A stretch of DNA of 62,746 nt, counting the filler, from Nemertoderma westbladi (Eukaryota > Animalia > Xenacoelomorpha), in NCBI GenBank assembly GCA_032718475.1. It is 3 parts of 3 records of this genome, joined end to end, with 100 filler letters (N's around TTAATTAATTAA, not from the genome) between each part and the next. Parts side by side here need not be neighbours in the genome. Positions count along the whole stretch, not along the records: positions 1 to 19,129 come from JAUCBJ010002405.1; 2 more parts are not named here. One strand, given 5' to 3'. Below, one piece after another: positions 1 to 12,541 of the stretch. A program made the translations under genes and the position numbers. Position 1 is the first letter of the stretch, and each line of letters starts with the position of its first letter. The notes beneath the pieces were generated by a model, which searched no databases, was not told where the DNA came from, and saw only the letters and a program-made list of their open reading frames with translations.

Positions 1-5
1 TCTAG

Positions 6-2225
6 TCTAATATATATAAATATCGATCTGTCTGTCTGTCTGTCTGTTTGTCATCGGCTATACAATCGAACCCATCTCGATGAAATCTCGCTTGCTATAG
101 CTCGTTAGAAAGGTCTCGCTCTAACTCGTTGCAACGTAATACTCAGAGTCGTCTGAAGTTCACCCGTCTGCCGCTAGAGGGCGATTTTCGTGATTTTCGG
201 GCGAAATTTATCGAATTATTTCGGTTCTTCTATCGGTAATTAATTATTTAGAGGGCTAACATTTATCCCACCTGGTATAAAATTAACATGGGTAGATTCG
301 CCGTGTCCCATTCTCACAAAGTTTTTATTTTATTCGAGTGTTTAATATAAATATGTATGATTATTTATTGATTAAAAACCAAATAGTGTATAAATATGTC
401 ATATTCGCCAAGCACGATCGAATTGGCCTATTCTTAGTGCTGTAGTGAATATAGGGAAGGATTTTTTTCTGTATCATAGCAACGTTAAGGTAATTATTGA
501 AATCGCAGCTAGCTGGGCACAGATAAGGAGCAAGCCAGGCTGTAGTGTTGATTGGGGTGGGTTTGGGTTGTCTGTTGCGAACTGCTCAAGTGTAATTCTG
601 CTTTCTCAATCATTGGCTGCATGGAAGGAGAGGTTTATAACATTTTTGTTTTACTGTTATGAATATTAAAAGTAAAATAATTATTTCTGTAGGCCTATAC
701 TTACTGTATTATTATTTTATCTAATATTATACATCTAATCTCGATGAAATCTCGCTTACTATAGCTCGTTAGATAGGTCTTGCCCTAACTCGTTGCAACG
801 TAATACTCAGAGCCGTCTGAAGTTTCCCCATCTGCCGCTAGAGGGCGAATTGTCCGATAGTGAAAACCTGATCTCATTGGGTTGTTTTTAATGCTTTTGA
901 GCTGAAACTTGGTAGCTATATACTGCAGCATAGGCTGTATATTTCCGGAGTCACTGAGTTGTCCACAGTTCCCCAGTCTACCGTTAGAGGGCTAAATGTC
1001 TGAGAGTTAACATCTTCTCCAACTTTGTTATTTACAATCCGTTTAGACTGAAACTTGGTAGGCATCTACTACAGCATAGGCTGTATCTTTACTGAGTCGC
1101 AGAGTCGTCTACAATTCCCCAGTCTACCGCTAGAGGGCGAAATGTCTGAAAGTTAACATCTTCTCCAACTTTGTTATTTATAATCCATTTAGACTGAACT
1201 TGGTAGGCATCTACTACAGCATAGGCTATATCTTTACTGAGTCGCGCAGAGTTGTCTACATTACCCGCGTCTGCCGCTAGAGGGTGAAATGTATGAAAGT
1301 TAACATCTCCTCCAACTTTGTTATTTACAATCCTTTTAGACTGAAACTTGGTAGGCATCTACTATAGCATAGGCTATATCTTTGCGGAGTAGTAGAGTCG
1401 TCTACAGTTCCACAGTCAGCCGCTAGAGGGCGAATTGTCTGATAGTGAAAACCTCATCCCATTTGGTTCTTTTTAATCATTTTGAGCTGAAACTTGGTTG
1501 GTATCTACTACATCATAGGCTGTATCTTTACGGGGTTGCAGAATCCTATTCACTTCCCCAGTCTACCGCTAGAGGGTGAAATGTCTGAAAGTTAACATCT
1601 TCTACAACTTTGTTATTTACTAACGGTTTAGACTGAAACTTGGTAGGCATCTACTACAGCATAGGCTGTACCTTTACGGAGTCACAGCGTTGTATACAGT
1701 CCCCCCATCTGCCGCTAGAGGGCGACATATCTGATAGTGAACACCTCATCCCATTTGGTTCTTTTTAATTCTATTGAGCTGGAACTTGGCAGGAATCTAC
1801 TACAGCATATTCTGTATCTTTACGGAGTCCCAGAGTCGTCTACAGTTCTTCAGTCTACCGCTAGAGGGTGAAATGTCTGAATGTGAACATCTACACCAAT
1901 TTTGTTATTTACAATCTGTTTAAGCTGAAACTTGAAAGGCAGGCATTTTACTTCACCATAAACCCCATCTTTACCAAACTGCAGCGCCGTCTGCATTTCA
2001 CCAGTCCGCAGGTAGAGGGTGGATCTGAAAGTGATCATTTTCTGGAAATTTTGTTATTTACAATCTGCCTAAAGTTGAAACTTGACAGTTATATCTTATG
2101 GGGGTGGTGTTTTATTTAATGATGGTGTCTATTCCGTATGCAGTTCTCAAATCTCCCACACATATTCATATATCATCTGCACGTGCACTAGAAAGCTGTG
2201 GCCCGAAGGGCCACAGGCTTTCTAG
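6..2225 (+). mobile_element. Non-autonomous Helitron, tandem unit 1 (2220 bp)
   Basis: Starts TC, followed by an AT-rich stretch and a (CTGT)n microsatellite. Ends with hairpin AGAAAGCTGTGGCCC-GAA-GGGCCACAGGCTTTCT and CTAG. Preceded by TCTAG of a previous unit. No coding capacity. Confidence 0.85.
810..2090 (+). repeat. Internal ~146-bp tandem repeat of the Helitron (present in all four units)
   Basis: CCG(C/T)TAGAGGG(C/T) begins at 835, 981, 1127, 1274, 1420, 1566, 1712 and 1858 (period 146-147 bp). Confidence 0.95.
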
Positions 2226-4443
2226 TCTAATATATATAAATATCGATTGTCTGTCTGTCTGTCTGTGTGTTTGTCATCGGCTATACAATCGAACCCATCT
2301 CGATGAAATCTCGCTTGCTATATCTCGTTAGAAAGGTCTCGCCCTAACTCGTTGCAACGTAATACTCAGAGCCGTCTGAAGTTCGCCCGTCTGCCGCTAG
2401 AGGGCGATTTTCGTGATTTTCGGGCGAAATTTATCGAATTATTTCGGTTCTTCTATCGGTAATTAATGATTTAGAGGGCTAACATTTATCCCACCTGGTA
2501 TAAAATTAACATGGGTAGATTCGCCGTGTCCCATTCTCACAAAGTTTTTATTTTATTCGAGTGTTTAATATAAATATGTATGATTATTTATTGATTAAAA
2601 ATCAAATAGTGTATAAATATGTCATATTCGCCAAGCACGATCGAATTGGCCTATTGTTATTGAATAGGGAAGGATTGTTTTCTGTATCATAGCAACGTTA
2701 AGGTAATTATTGAACTCGCAGCTAGCTGGCTGGGCACAGATAAGGAGCAAGCAGGCTGGAGTGTTGATTGGGGTGGGTTTGGGTTGTCTGTTGCGAACTG
2801 CTCAAGAGTAATTCTGCTTTCTCAATCATTGGCTGCATGGAAGGAGAGGTTTATAACATTTTTGTTTTACTGTTATGAATATTAAAAGTAAAATAATTAT
2901 TTCTGTAGGCCTATACTTACTGTATTATTATTTTATCTAATATTATACATCTAATCTCGATGAAATCTCGCTTACTATAGCTCGTTAGATAGGTCTCGCC
3001 CTAACTCGTTGCAACGTAATACTCAGAGCCGTCTGAAGTTCCCCCGTCTGCCGCTTGAGGGCGAATTGTCCGATAGTGAAAACCTGATCTCATTGGGTTG
3101 TTTTTAATGCTTTTGAGCTGAAACTTGGTAGCTATATACTGCAGCATAGGCTGTATATTTCCGGAGTCACTGGGTTGTCTACAGTTCCCCAGTCTACCGT
3201 TAGAGGGCTAAATGTCTGAGAGTTAACATCTTCTCCAACTTTGTTATTTACAATCCGTTTAGACTGAAACTTGGTAGGCATCTACTACAGCATAGGCTGT
3301 ATCTTTACTGAGTCGCAGAGTCGTCTACAATTCCCCAGTCTACCGCTAGAGGGCGAATTGTCTGAAAGTTAACATCTTCTCCAACTTTGTTATTTATAAT
3401 CCATTTAGACTGAACTTGGTAGGCATCTACTACAGCATAGGCTATATCTTTACTGAGTCGCGCAGAGTTGTCTACATTACCCGCGTCTGCCGCTAGAGGG
3501 TGAAATGTATGAAAGTTAACATCTCCTCCAACTTTGTTATTTACAATCCTTTTAGACTGAAACTTGGTAGGCATCTACTATAGCATAGGCTATATCTTTG
3601 CGGAGTAGTAGAGTCGTCTACAGTTCCACAGTCAGCCGCTAGAGGGCGAATTGTCTGATAGTGAAAACCTCATCCCATTTGGTTCTTTTTAATCATTTTG
3701 AGCTGAAACTTGGTTGGTATCTACTACATCATAGGCTGTATCTTTACGGGGTTGCAGAATCCTATTCACTTCCCCAGTCTACCGCTAGAGGGTGAAATGT
3801 CTGAAAGTTAACATCTTCTACAACTTTGTTATTTACTAACGGTTTAGACTGAAACTTGGTAGGCATCTACTACAGCATAGGCTGTACCTTTACGGAGTCA
3901 CAGCGTTGTATACAGTCCCCCCATCTGCCGCTAGAGGGCGACATATCTGATAGTGAACACCTCATCCCATTTGGTTCTTTTTAATCCTATTGAGCTGGAA
4001 CTTGGCAGGAATCTACTACAGCATATTCTGTATCTTTACGGAGTCCCAGAGTCGTCTACAGTTCTTCAGTCTACCCCTAGAGGGTGAAATGTCTGAATGT
4101 GAACATCTACACCAATTTTGTTATTTACAATCTGTTTAAGCTGAAACTTGAAAGGCAGGCATTTTACTTCACCATAAACCCCATCTTTACCAAACTGCAG
4201 CGCCGTCTGCATTTCACCAGTCCGCAGGTAGAGGGTGGATCTGAAAGTGATCATTTTCTGGAAATTTTGTTATTTACAATCTGCCTAAAGTTGAAACTTG
4301 ACAGTTATATCTTATGGGGGTGGTGTTTTATTTAATGATGTGGTGTCTGTTCCGTATACAGTTCTCAAATCTCCCACACATATTCATATATCATCTGCAC
4401 GTGCACTAGAAAGCTGTGGCCCGAAGGGCCACAGGCTTTCTAG
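2226..4443 (+). mobile_element. Non-autonomous Helitron, tandem unit 2
   Basis: Exact CTAG|TC head-to-tail junction at 2225/2226. Near-identical to unit 1, with the same 3' hairpin and CTAG. Confidence 0.85.
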
Positions 4444-4447
4444 TAAA

Positions 4448-7092
4448 TCTATATATATAAATATCGATTGTCTGTCTGTGTGTTTGTCATCGGCTATACA
4501 ATCGAACCCATCTCGATGAAATCTCGCTTGCTATATCTCGTTAGAAAGGTCTCGCCCTAACTCGTTGCAACGTAATACTCAGAGCCGTCTGAAGTTCGCC
4601 CGTCTGCCGCTAGAGGGCGATTTTCGTGATTTTCGGGCGAAATTCATCGAATTATTTCGGTTCTTCTATCGGTAATTAATGATTTAGAGGGCTAACATTT
4701 ATCCCACCTGGTTTAAAATTAACATGGGTAGATTCGCCGTGTCCCATTCTCACAAAGTTTTTATTTTATTCGAGTGTTTAATATAAATATGTATGATTAT
4801 TTATTGATTAAAAATCAAATAGTGTATAAATATGTCATATTCGCCAAGCAGGATCGAATTGGCCTATAGTTATTGAATAGGGAAGGATTGTTTTCTGTAT
4901 CATAGCAACGTTAAGGTAATTATTGAACTCGCAGCTAGCTGGCTGGGCACAGATAAGGAGCAAGCAGGCTGGAGTGTTGATTGGGGTGGGTTTGGGTTGT
5001 CTGTTGCGAATTGCTCAGAGTAATTCTGCTTTCTCAATCATTGGCTGCATGGAAGGAGAGGTTTATAACATTTTTGTTTTACTGTTATGAATATTAAAAG
5101 TAAAATAATTATTTCTGTAGGCCTATACTTACTGTATTATTATTTTATCTAATATTATACATCTAATCTCGATGAAATCTCGCTTACTATAGCTCGTTAG
5201 ATAGGTCTCGCCCTAACTCGTTGCAACGTAATACTCAGAGCCGTCTGAAGTTCCACCGTCTGCCGCTAGAGGGCGAATTATCCGATAGTGAAAACCTGAT
5301 CTTATAGGGTTGTTTTTAATGCTTTTGAGCTGAAACGTGGTAGCTATATACTGCAGCATAGGCTGTATATTTCCGGAGTCACTGGGTTGTCTACAGTTCC
5401 CCAGTCTACCGTTAGAGGGCTAAATGTCTGAGAGTTAACATCTTCTCCAACTTTATTATTTACAATCCGTTTTGACTGAAACTTGGTAGGCATCTACTAC
5501 AGCATAGGCTGAATCTTTACTGAGTCGCAGAGTCGTCTACAATTTCCCAGTCTACCGCTAGAGGGCGAAATGTCTGCAAGTTAACATCTTCTCCAACTTT
5601 GTTATTTATAATCCATTTAGACTGAACTTGGTAGGCATCTACTACAGCATAGGCTATATCTTTACTGAGTCGCGCAGAGTTGTCTACAGTACCCGCGTCT
5701 GCCGCTAGAGGGCGAAATGTATGAAAGTTAACATCTTCTCCAACTTTGTTATTTACAAACCTTTTAGACTGAAACTTGGTAGGCATCTACTATAGCATAG
5801 GCTATATCTTTGCGGAGTAGTAGAGTCGTCTACAGTTCCACAGTCAGCCGCAAGAGGGCGAATTGTCTGATAGTGAAAACCTCATCCCATTTGGTTCTTT
5901 TTAATCCTTTTGAGCTGAAACTTGGCAGGTATCTACTACATCCTAGGCTCTATCTTTACGGAGTTGCAGAGTCCTATACACTTCCCCAGTCTACCGCTAG
6001 AGGGTGAAATGTCTGAAAGTTACCATCTTCTCCAACTTTGTTATTTATAATCCATTTAGACTGAACTTGGTAGGCATCTACTACAGCATAGGCTATATCT
6101 TTACTGAGTCGCGCAGAGTTGTCTACATTACCCGCGTCTGCCGCTAGAGGGCGAAATGTATGAAAGTTAACATCTCCTCCAACTTTGTTATTTACAATCC
6201 TTTTAGACTGAAACTTGGTAGACATCTACTATAGCATAGGCTATATCTTTGTGGAGTAGTAGAGTCGTCTACAGTTCCACAGTCAGCCGCTAGAGGGGGA
6301 ATTGTCTGATAGTGAAAACCTCATCCCATTTGGTTCTTTTTAATCATTTTGAGCTGAAACTTGGCAGGTATCTACTACATCATAGGCTGTATCTTTACGG
6401 AGTTGCAGAGTCCTATACACTTCCCCAGTCTACCGCTAGAGGGTGAAATGTCTGAAAGTTAACATCTTCTCCAACTTTGTTATTTACTAACGGTTTAGAC
6501 TGAAACTTGGTAGGCATCTACTACAACATAGGCTGTACCTTTACGGATTCGCAGAGTTGTATACAGTCCCCCCATTTGACGCTAGAGGGCGAAATATCTG
6601 ATAGTGAACACCTCATCCCATTTGGTTCTTTTTAATCCTATTGAGCTGGAACTTGGCAGGAATCTACTACAGCATATTCTGTATCTTTACGGAGTCCTAG
6701 AGTCGTCTACAGTTCTTCAGTCTACCGCTAGAGGGTGAAATGTTTGAATATGAACATCTACACCAATTTTGTTATTTACAATCTGTTTAAGCTGAAACTT
6801 GAAAGGCAGGCATTTTACTTCACCATAAACCCCATCTTTACCAAACTGCAGCGCCGTCTGCATTTCACCAGTCCGCAGGTAGAGGGTGGATCTGAAAGTG
6901 ATCATTTTCTGGAAATTTTGTTATTTACAATCTGCCTAAAGTTGAAACTTGACAGTTATCTCTTATGGGGGTGGTGTTTTATTTAATGATGGTGTCTGTT
7001 CCGTATGCAGTTCTCAAATCTCCCACACATATTCATATATCATCTGCACGTGCACTAGAAAGCTGTGGCCCGAAGGGCCACAGGCTTTCTAG
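4448..7092 (+). mobile_element. Non-autonomous Helitron, tandem unit 3 (three extra internal 146-bp repeats)
   Basis: Same termini. Separated from unit 2 by TAAA. About 430 bp longer through duplication of an internal repeat trimer. Confidence 0.85.
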
Positions 7093-9132
7093 TCTAATAT
7101 ATATAAATATCGATTGTCTGTCTGTCTGTCTGTCTGTTTGTCATCAGCTATACAATCGAACCCATCTCGATGAAATCTCGCTTGCTATAGCTCGTTAGAA
7201 AGGTCTCGCCCTAACTCGTTGCAACGTAATACTCAGAGCCGTCTGAAGTTCGCCCGTCTGCCGCTAGAGGGCGATTTTCTTGATTTTCGGGCGAAATTTA
7301 TCGAATTATTTATGTTCTTCTATCGGTAATTAATGATTTAGAAGGCTAACATTTATCCCACCTGGTATAAAATTAACATGGGTAGATTCGCCGTGTCCCA
7401 TTCTCACAAAGTTTTTATTTTATTCGAGTGTTTAATATAAATATGTATGATTATTTATTGATTAAAAATCAAATAGTGTATAAATATGTCATATTCGCCA
7501 AGCACGATCGAATTGGCCTATTGCTATTGAATAGGGAAGGATTGTTTTCTGTATCATAGCAACGTTAGGTAATTATTGAACTCGCAGCTAGCTGGCTGGG
7601 CACAGATAAGGAGCAAGCAGGCTGGAGTGTTGATTGGGGTGGGTTTGGGTTGTCTATTGCGAATTGCTCAAGAGTAATTAATTCTGCTTTCTCAATCATT
7701 GGCTGCATGGAAGGAGAGGTTTATAACATTTTTGTTTTACTGTTATGAATACCGGTATTAAAAGTAAAATAATTATTATTTCTGTAGGCCTATACTTACT
7801 GTATTATTATTTTATCTAATATTATACATCTAATCTCGATGAAATCTCGCTTACTATAGCTCGTTAGATAGGTCTCGCCCTAACTCGTTGCAACGTAATA
7901 CTCAGAGCCGTCTGAAGTTCCCCCGTCTGCCGCTAGAGGGCGAATTGTCCGATATTGAAAACCTGATCTCATTGGGTTGTTTTTAATGCTTTTGAGTTGA
8001 AACTCTGTAGCTATATACTGCAGCATAGGCTGTATATTTCCGGAGTCACTGAGTTGTCTACAGTTCCCCAGTCTACCGTTAGAGGGCTAAATGTCTGAGA
8101 GTTAACATCTTCTCCAACTTTGTTATTTACAATCCGTTTAGACTGAAACTTGGTAGGCATCTACTACAGCATAGGTTGTATCTTTACTGAGTCGCAGAGT
8201 CGTCTACAGTACCCGCGTCTGCCGCTAGAGGGCGAAATGTCTGAAAGTTAACATCTTCTCCAACTTTGTTATTTATAATCCGTTTAGACTGAACTTGGTA
8301 GGCATCTACTACAGCATAGGCTATATCTTTACTGAGTCGCGCAGAGTTGTCTACAGTACCCGCGTCTGCCGCTAGAGGGTGAAATGTATGAAAGTTAACA
8401 TATTTTCCAACTTTGTTATTTACAATCCTTTTATACTGGAACTTGGTAGGCATCTACTATAGCATAGGCTATATCTTTGCGGAGTAGTAGAGTCGTCTAC
8501 AATTCCCCAGTCTACCGCTAGAGGGCGAAATGTCTGAAAGTTAACATCTTCTCCAACTTTGTTATTTGTAATCCATTTAGACTGAACTTGGTAGGCATCT
8601 ACTACAGCATAGGCCATATCTTTACTGAGTCCCGCAGAGTTGTCTACATTACCCGCGTCTGCCGCTAGAGGGCGAAATGTATGAAAGTTAACATCTCCTC
8701 CAACTTTGTTATTTACAATCCTTTTAGACTGAATCTTGGTAGGCATCTACTATAGCATAGGCTATATCTTTGCGGAGTAGTAGAGTCGTCTACAGTTCCA
8801 CAGTCAGCCGCTAGAGGGCGAATTGTCTGATAGTGAAAACCTCATCCCATTTGGTTCTTTTTAATCATTTTGAGCTGAAAATTGGTAGGCATCTACTACA
8901 GCATAGGCTGTACCTTTACGGAGTCGCAGAGTTGTATACAGTCCCCCCCCCCCCCCCATATGCCGCTAGAGGGCGAAATATCTGATAGTGAACACCTCAT
9001 CCTATTTGGTTCTTTTTAATCCTATTGAGCTGGAACTTGGCAGGAATCTACTACAGCATATTCTGTATCTTTACGGAGCCCCAGAGTCGTCTACAGTTCT
9101 TCAGTCTACCGCTAGAGGGTGAAATGTCTGAA
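7093..9132 (+). mobile_element. Non-autonomous Helitron, tandem unit 4, 3'-interrupted
   Basis: CTAG|TC junction at 7092/7093. Similarity to unit 1 stops after GAAATGTCTGAA(TG), where unrelated LTR-like sequence begins. Confidence 0.8.
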
Positions 9133-9798
9133 TGATGAATTATTTCACTATAAGGTAGCATTTGTAGTTTAACTTTAGCGTAAAAACTTTTGAAAATCCG
9201 ACGTATTTTGATTAAATTACAGTAATGTAATATGCCGATTTATATTTGTACACATAAAACCCTTAGGTACTCTCGTGGCGTAGTGGTCAGATGGTTAAGG
9301 CGTTGGTTACATTACGTAGGTTACGAGTTCGAATCCCAGTCGGGAAATTTGTATTTTGGGGCCATTTATTTTCGTTTAGGTGCTAATTGGTAGGCCAATG
9401 AGAAGCGTACAACGTAGCGGATAATGAGCCAGGCCAATCATAGGGCATAAATTACCTTATTGCTCAAATGTGAGGCAGTGGAAAATTCTGTTAGGATTCC
9501 ATGTCCCTGATTAGTGTAAGGGCCGGACTGCGTTGAACGATGAGCTGGGCCAATCATAGGGCACGACGTACTTCATTGCTCGATTGTGAAGCTGTGGAAA
9601 TTTCTGTTTAGTTTCCATGTGCAATTTCTAGTATAAAAGGCCGGTTTGCCTTCGGTTATCACGTTTTTTTACACACTCCTACCCCTTCGTTACTCTCACT
9701 ATTAGTTAAATTGTTATTTAGTTTATTTCGGTTTCTTGTTGAAACTTACTTTGATAAATCCTTTGTTAAAACTGTAAATATACTGCAATTTCCTGACA
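9133..9798 (+). mobile_element. Probable 5' LTR of an LTR retrotransposon (BEL/Pao-like)
   Basis: TG at the Helitron breakpoint, three GGCCAAT boxes, a ~116-bp-period enhancer-like duplication (from 9425 and 9541), TATAAAA at 9632 and CA at 9797-9798, followed by a PBS-like sequence. The second LTR is not in the window, so the ends are approximate. Confidence 0.55.
9271..9346 (+). other. tRNA-derived segment with Pol III A/B boxes (pseudo-tRNA or SINE head)
   Basis: A-box TGGCGTAGTGG, B-box GAGTTCGAATCC and pairing ends TCTCG/CGGGA. The anticodon arm is not canonical. Confidence 0.6.
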
Positions 9799-9808
9799 TG
9801 TTTTCTTT

Positions 9809-9824
9809 TGGTCCGACTTCGGGA
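9809..9824 (+). promoter_or_regulatory. Putative primer-binding site TGGTCCGACTTCGGGA (possibly tRNA-Tyr)
   Basis: TGG-starting tRNA 3'-complement-like sequence after a T-run, just downstream of the putative LTR. TGGTCC starts are typical of tRNA-Tyr PBSs of BEL/Pao elements. Confidence 0.45.
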
Positions 9825-10186
9825 CAGCCGAACACCAGGGAGATGGCAGCCTAGACCGTTAGGCCGTAAGCAACGCAGGGAAGGGATGTCCACAACACGC
9901 TAGCGCCCACATTGGATCGACCGCGCACCCCCTTTGCCCCTTCGAAATGCTCAACTTGCCATGCAGCGCCCGCTTTGTGAGAAAGGTAAGACTTTGTTCG
10001 ACGCCCTTGCCCGCCGTAAGACCTATAGATCAGGGTAAGCGTGACACCGCACTGGACGCCGCAAATTTAGGATCAAATAATTATATCCAGACACCCCCCC
10101 CTCTTGTCAGTCCTACGAATCCCTGGGTTAACCTGTACTTCCTACAGGTGCGAACTATTGCCATTCGTCAGTACGCGAGTACACAT

Positions 10187-10372
10187 TAGGTACGGACAGC
10201 ATACGTTCCATAATTTAGTGATTCATAGCACTGACTGTTTGGTACCGGTTCGCTTTGTAGAACGTACATTAGTACCCCCCCCCCCCCCCCCCCCCCCTTG
10301 TCTGGAGTTAGCTATTTGATCAGGCAAGGAGCATTTCTGCTACCGGCACACTGCTTGGCCTAGGGAGGTTTA
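10187..10372 (+). repeat. Direct repeat, left copy, flanking the EnSpm insertion
   Basis: TAGGTACGGACAGC...GGGAGGTTTA matches 15162-15340 apart from poly-C length. Confidence 0.95.
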
Positions 10373-12413
10373 CATCTCTTAAAGTGAGAATCATCCAAAC
10401 GGCCATAAAATGGCTTATCTTTCACAAAATATCCCTCCCCGTAACCAATACTATTGCATGGATAAGTGTAAACATTCGCAAAAAAACGCAAGTAGAAGCC
10501 TTGAAGGACATCGCTAATAACCGTTGTAATTAACAAACAATTGAACTCTGAGGAGTCACCCTTAAGCATGAAGCAATCGCCAGCTTTAATCTTTAGTGGT
10601 ATACCCTTTCGACTACAGCTTGCTAATATATGCGCTTTGTTTGCTGCTTCTTTGACCATTTTATTGACTTGTTTTGATTTTAGGGAATACTTGAGTTTAC
10701 TTAAGAAGGTTTCAAACTTAAACGCTGACCAATTATCCAGAGCTCCATATTTTAGTACAAACTGCGGCAAATGAAGTAAAGAATGCATATTGAATGTGTA
10801 CATACGTTTTGTATACAGACTACCCAAATTATCATGAAAGTTTATAATAAGATCTTCAGCAAAGTCTATATAACGACATTCAGAGACTAATTCTTCAGAG
10901 ATCATCAAACGAATTGCGAGATGAAGGCACATCAGGTTGTCAAAGTATTTACTTGGAAGGAATGAATTAAACAAGGGACTGGCATATAACAGTAATGACC
11001 TATACTCAGTGGCCTTAAAAAAGCTCACCTCATCAAATCCCCGAACACGCCTGTTGAAAGAAGAAGGCATATATGAGCCAAATTTTCTTAGAAGTATATT
11101 TACATTTCCTTTAGTGCTGGGTTTCATGGTGCACGGCAATACCATACTTCGTTTAGTGCTTATCCATGCCTTAATAAGTGTTTTCATAGCACCTAAACAT
11201 ACACAATGCATGTAATCAGGAGGGACATTTGATGACAAAGGCAAAATATGTCTCAGTGGTGACAAACCATGTTGATGAACATTATCCGTAATTGACAAGT
11301 AACTCTGGTCAGAACGAGGATGGAAATTCCTACCTGGAAAAATAACTTTTGATCCAGCAGGGTAGTATTCACCATATAAAGTACAATGGTTACAAGGAGC
11401 ATACCCAGCGTGACCTAATATACACAACAAAAAACTCCTGGCAGGTGCATCAGCAGTTAATAAATGGATACATATGTCATTTTCAGTAGCATCCTTAACA
11501 AATCGGTCAACTAGTGGTTCTACAGCAGTTGGTTTACTCCTATGACCAATCCACAATGCTATTGCAAATACAAGAAGATTGTTAGTTTCGGGTGATGCAA
11601 GAATAGGCCAAAGAGAAAGGGAAGAAGACTTAGATAAAGGCAAACCGTCAATCCCTATAGTCAATTTAATTTTATAATAAACCTCAGGAACTCCCAGATA
11701 TAACATTTGACCCCCTGCACAATCAACAATTTCTTGAAAATTGTATGGTGACTTTATATGATGCTTACTAAGGGTATCAACACTAAGGGGCAAAGCAGGA
11801 AATCTAGGATGTAGAACTTTAAGAAGTTCAGCGCATGCTCTATTCGAAACCGAAACATTTCCAGATAACCAAGCAAAAAGTTCGCAACAAAGACCATTTG
11901 TTTGGTTACCGGTACTGCTGCACTTTGTAGTTTCTAGTTGTGAATGGTCTTGATTTTCCATGGGAACATCAGGATGATCATTATCAGATAAAACTTCGTT
12001 CAATATTGAAGAAAAATACGAAAATGTTTCACTTGAACTGGGTGACTGTAAAACCTGACATGATGAATTTGAAATAATATCTTGGCATAAACCAATGGAA
12101 CTATAACAGTATAAGTACTGGCAGCCTCGACAGGCAATTGTGCTTGTTCGACACCAGATAAATCAGCTGATGATTCATTATATATTTTATTACTTAGTTC
12201 ACTTATTCCAGAAACTATATCATTATCGGATTCACTGTCCTCCTTAACTACACTTGCACTGAGACCACGGGCACGGACATCGTGGACATACCGGTACATA
12301 TTTCCCATATCTGATGATGTGCTTGAATTATCATGCATTGTCCTGTCCACATTTCTTAATTCATTTTCGATTCTCTGTCTCCTCTTACGGCGGCTTTGAC
12401 GGCGAGATAACAT
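10360..12413 (-). pseudogene. EnSpm/CACTA-type DDE transposase, frameshifted near 12110 and C-terminally truncated
   Basis: Motifs GIDGLPLSKSS..LWPIL, DAPARSF..GHAGYAPCNHC, PPDYMHCVCLG, FKATEYR..LLY and FNMHSLLHL..GALDNWSAFKFE. The basic/acidic N-terminus lies in ORF 12000-12413, whose alternative frame runs open into ORF 10360-12003. The stop codon comes from the flanking duplication. Confidence 0.8.
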
Positions 12414-12541
12414 TCTTACATCTTTCAGGTAGGTAGCCTATATGATTTATCTTAGAAGGTCGAAGTATGTACAGTACAGGTTAAGTACATAATTGTATTG
12501 CAGTATTGGTAGAATAATGTGTCACTGTAACATGCCCCTTT

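Noticed and set aside
445-8746. Recurrent 60-108-aa ORFs in the tandem units
   Set aside because: They derive from non-coding 146-bp repeats whose period is not a multiple of three, and show no RepHel motifs.
9271-9346. Functional tRNA gene
   Set aside because: The D-arm region is expanded and no proper anticodon stem-loop forms; kept only as tRNA-derived sequence.
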